Made by a program: the position numbers and the translations under genes. This document shows positions 60,495 through 64,000 of a DNA stretch of 64,000 nucleotides, in pieces. Origin of the DNA: the human T2T-CHM13v2.0 reference genome, Homo sapiens; NCBI RefSeq assembly GCF_009914755.1, contig NC_060946.1. One strand, written 5' to 3'. Below the pieces are notes generated by a model. That model ran no database searches and was not told the DNA's origin. It was given only the letters and a program-made list of their open reading frames with translations. The stretch's first letter is position 1. Each line of letters starts with the position of its first letter.

Positions 60495-62347
60495 GTACGC
60501 AGGCGCGCGGGTGGGGGGAGGGGCGCCCCTGCTGACCCCGCAGCGAACTTTTGGGCTGCGTGACCCAAGGGGGCGCTGCCGGACTGCGCGTGGAGTGGCG
60601 CGCTGCTCACCTTCCCTCTGCAAAGTGCATGCCCCTAGTTAAATCGCAGTTTTACTCTGGGTCTCTTGTGGGACGCCCCAACTCTGGGTTGTCCTTCGGT
60701 TCCCCCTTTCCAGGTTCTTTACGGCTGTACTTCAACTCTGGGCCCCCTGCTGCTCTCTACCCCAAGCTTAGGCGACCCCACTCTGAGATCCCTCCCCCGT
60801 CAAGAAAAAAACAAGTTTCCTCTACAGGAAAAAAGTGGTGCAGGATTCTGGTCTGCAAGCGCTGGAGACTCTTAGCCCTTCTAAGTAGCAAGGCTTCCCC
60901 GCCAATGCTGCCATGCCCTCTCCTGCACCCCGCAAGAAACTCTATTCCTCTCACCCCTACCAGGCTCCTTCCCACTACCTGCTCAGTGCTTAACGTTCCT
61001 ACCTTAAATCTTCCACGTGGGGGTGGGTCAGGACCTTTTCGCATCCTTTCTTCCTAGAGGGAACCATTACTACAGTCAGTTGTTGCCTGTGGCGGAGGTG
61101 GCTGGTGGGCCCTTTCATGTTTTAATGTCCCCTTTCTCCTTTAGGGAAGCTGGGAGCCTCCCAAGTCTGCCCCTCCCCCAACTCCTTGCAGCCCTGAGTC
61201 AGCTAGATTGCGCTGCCCTGAGGCTGTGCCCAGCAGCTGCAGGGTGACCTTGACCAACACTTGCCCTCTCTGGTTTTCATTTCTTTTTGAGTTGAAAGAG
61301 GAGGGTAGATCAACTGGGCTGCTTAATCCGGGGAGTTCCATGATGTCTCACGAAACTGTCTGTAAAACTTTGCGTTGTTTTTGAGAGAGAGGGCAGAGGC
61401 TTCAGTGATTTTCCAAAAGCATCTGTGATCGACAATAGTTGAGAATCTCCAACCACCTGGATGGTTTCTAAGTCTTTGCCAGCACTAGCAGGGAAAGCTG
61501 GGATTTTGATGCATAGCTTTTTCTGTTCCTTTTCCACTCCTCTGCAGAGCAGAACCATCCCCTCCTCCATCTCCGCAGCAAGGCCCCTCCCTGCGCAAAC
61601 CTCTTTTGGGTTTGCCAGTCGTAGGGGCAGACGTCCCAGGATTGTACTGGCCCACTCAGCTGGCTTCCTTCCTCCCCGCCAAGACTTGTGCCCTGAGTGC
61701 CACTATCTGGGGATTCAGGATGTTCACTTTTACGAGCTAAAGACCAGTCTCCAGACCTCCACTGCCTCTGGAAGGTTTCCTGGGAACCACGAGCGGGTTG
61801 CTGGCGGGGGCCGGGGTGTGGCTACCAATGCTCAGGGGCAATGCTCAGCTAGGTGGAGAAAGGGACAGGGGTTGGCACCCAGGCCACGGGCTCTGCACTG
61901 ACCTTGGACTGTGCGCAGAAACCTGTAAGGAAGGGACCATGGCTACAAGGTGACCTGATTGCTCACGGTACCCTCATGCCTCCTAAAGGTCACAAGCTCA
62001 TTAACTTGTTCAGCCACAAACCTGCAGCCTCCAGCTCAGTGTTAAGCCCCATGGGCCAGGTATCACATCTGAACCACCAGCACTGCCAGGCCCTTGCTAG
62101 GGAGCTGGACCAGGCATTAGGACCAGGGTTTCCTCTGCCCTGCAGGGTTTTTGGATCCCACACTGGGGGAGACAGAGCATGATCTTTGGGGATTTGAGTC
62201 CCAGCTCTGCCACTCACTAGCTGGGTGGCCTTGGGGAGTAGTCACTTGCCTTTATCTCACAGGACAGAGTGAGTCAAGCATACAGGATGGTGTCTGGCAC
62301 ACGCAGTAGGTCAATCCACATGTGTCACCTTCAAAATCTGGGCATTA

Positions 62348-62660
62348 GGCCGGGCGTGGTGGCTCACACCTGTAATTCCAGCTCTTTGGGAGGCCGAGGT
62401 GGGCGAATCATGAGGTCAGGAGTTCAAGACCGCCTGGCGAATGTGGCAAAACCCCATCTCTACTAAAAATACAAAAAATTAGCTGGGCGTAGTGGCAGGT
62501 GCCTGTAATCCCAGCTACTCGGGAGGCTGAGGCAGGAGAATCGCTTGAACCCAGGAGGCGGAGCTTGCAGCGAGCTGAGAGTGCACCACTGCCCTCCAGC
62601 CTGGGCGAGAGCGAGAATCCGTCTCAAAAAAAAAAAAAAAGAAAAAGAACAAAGAAAAAA
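62348..62660 (+). mobile_element. Alu in NEFH intron 1, just upstream of exon 2
   Basis: TSD AAAATCTGGGCATTA at 62333-62347 and 62658-62672. Confidence 0.95.
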
Positions 62661-62723
62661 ATCTGGGCATTAGAACCCAGTCCAGGTGTGTCTAACCCTG
62701 TGCCCTGCTACCTTCTCCCCCAG

Positions 62724-62923
62724 TGAGGCTGGACCGACTGTCGGAGGCAGCCAAGGTGAACACAGACGCTATGCGCTCAGCGCAGGAGGAGATAACTGAG
62801 TACCGGCGTCAGCTGCAGGCCAGGACCACAGAGCTGGAGGCACTGAAAAGCACCAAGGACTCACTGGAGAGGCAGCGCTCTGAGCTGGAGGACCGTCATC
62901 AGGCCGACATTGCCTCCTACCAG
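62724..62923 (+). CDS. NEFH: NEFH exon 2 (coil 2); gene continues beyond the window
   Basis: Acceptor ccttctcccccag|TG; VRLDRLSEAAKVNTDAMRSAQEEITEYRRQLQ...IASYQ; donor CAG|GTGGGC; 200 nt. Confidence 0.97.
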
Positions 62924-63118
62924 GTGGGCAGGGGCAAGGCAGACAGCCAGACTGCCTTACCTGATTGGGTAGCCCTGGACAAGTTACTGTCCCTCACTGA
63001 GTGGGGTTGTAGTGGTTAAGATTGTGGCCCTTGGAGTCAGACATACCAGCACTTTCCAGCTGTGTGACCCTAGGAAAGTTATCTAATTCTCTGAATCTGA
63101 GTTCCTTTCCAGCCATGA

Positions 63119-63521
<403 letters not shown>

Positions 63522-63710
63522 TGAGATTAGTGTGAACTTGTGAATGAGCTCGGCAAGGTCTTCAACATTCGAATCTTTCTAGATTTGAATCCCAGCTCTG
63601 CCACTCACTAGGTTGGTCTTGGTCGCAGTGGACATTCTGTAAACAGCAACCAGTGTCTTGGGTGGCCAGGGGAAGACCTTAGCAGATTCCTTCTTTTAAA
63701 GATAACTGGC

Positions 63711-64000
63711 GGCTGGGCCTAGTGGCTCATGCCTGTAATCCCAGCACTTTAGGAGGCCAAGGCGGGTGGATCACTTGAGGTCAGGAGTTTGAGACCAGCC
63801 TGGCCAACATGGTGAAACCCTGTCTCTACTAAAAAGATACAAAAATTAACTGGGCATGGTGGTGCGTGCCTGTAATCCCAGCTACTTGGGAGGCTGAGAC
63901 AGGAGAATCGCTTCAACTGAACCTGGGAGATGGGGGTTACAGTGAGCCGAGATCGTGCCACTGCACCCAGCCTGGGCGACAGAGCGACAGAGCGAGACTC
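63711..64000 (+). mobile_element. Alu running to the window end
   Basis: Sense Alu body. Confidence 0.93.

Larger units (their letters stand above)
59280..60620. promoter_or_regulatory. CpG island over NEFH promoter and exon 1
   Basis: Very high GC content and dense CpG dinucleotides by inspection. Confidence 0.9.

Noticed and set aside
60561-60578. Second CTCF-like motif in NEFH intron 1 (ACCCAAGGGGGCGC)
   Set aside because: The 5' half of the core matches poorly, and such matches are common in GC-rich DNA.
58962-60623. Long overlapping and antisense ORFs across the NEFH promoter and exon 1
   Set aside because: Stop-codon scarcity is expected in a CpG island; no recognisable domains.

Overview
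This is a human, Alu-dense genomic window that I recognise as the RFPL1-NEFH interval of 22q12.2. On the + strand it contains, in order: an unprocessed RFPL4A-like pseudogene (~10.4-14.4 kb) disabled by an Alu in the RING exon, stops and frameshifts; the intact two-coding-exon RFPL1 gene (RING-like + B30.2/SPRY; CDS 18171-18543 joined to 20921-21498), with an in-frame upstream exon at 16964-17109; about 36 kb of repeat-rich intergenic DNA with an orphan CpG island and CTCF motif at ~49.9 kb; and the 5' part of NEFH (RE1/NRSE at 58024, TATA at 59538, exons 1-2). Almost all other ORFs in the track are Alu- or GC-derived artefacts. The most interesting pattern is a paired DUX4-type motif plus TATA-like cassette. 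It is conserved at the same spacing in front of both RFPL1 and the dead pseudogene, and the pseudogene keeps the better site and has a sense LTR polyA signal downstream. Other observations are an RFPL1 allele one codon shorter than canonical, a frame-symmetric RING exon bracketed by inverted Alus, and a fossil Alu-Alu recombination duplication. Repeat family names and boundaries are by eye and approximate.
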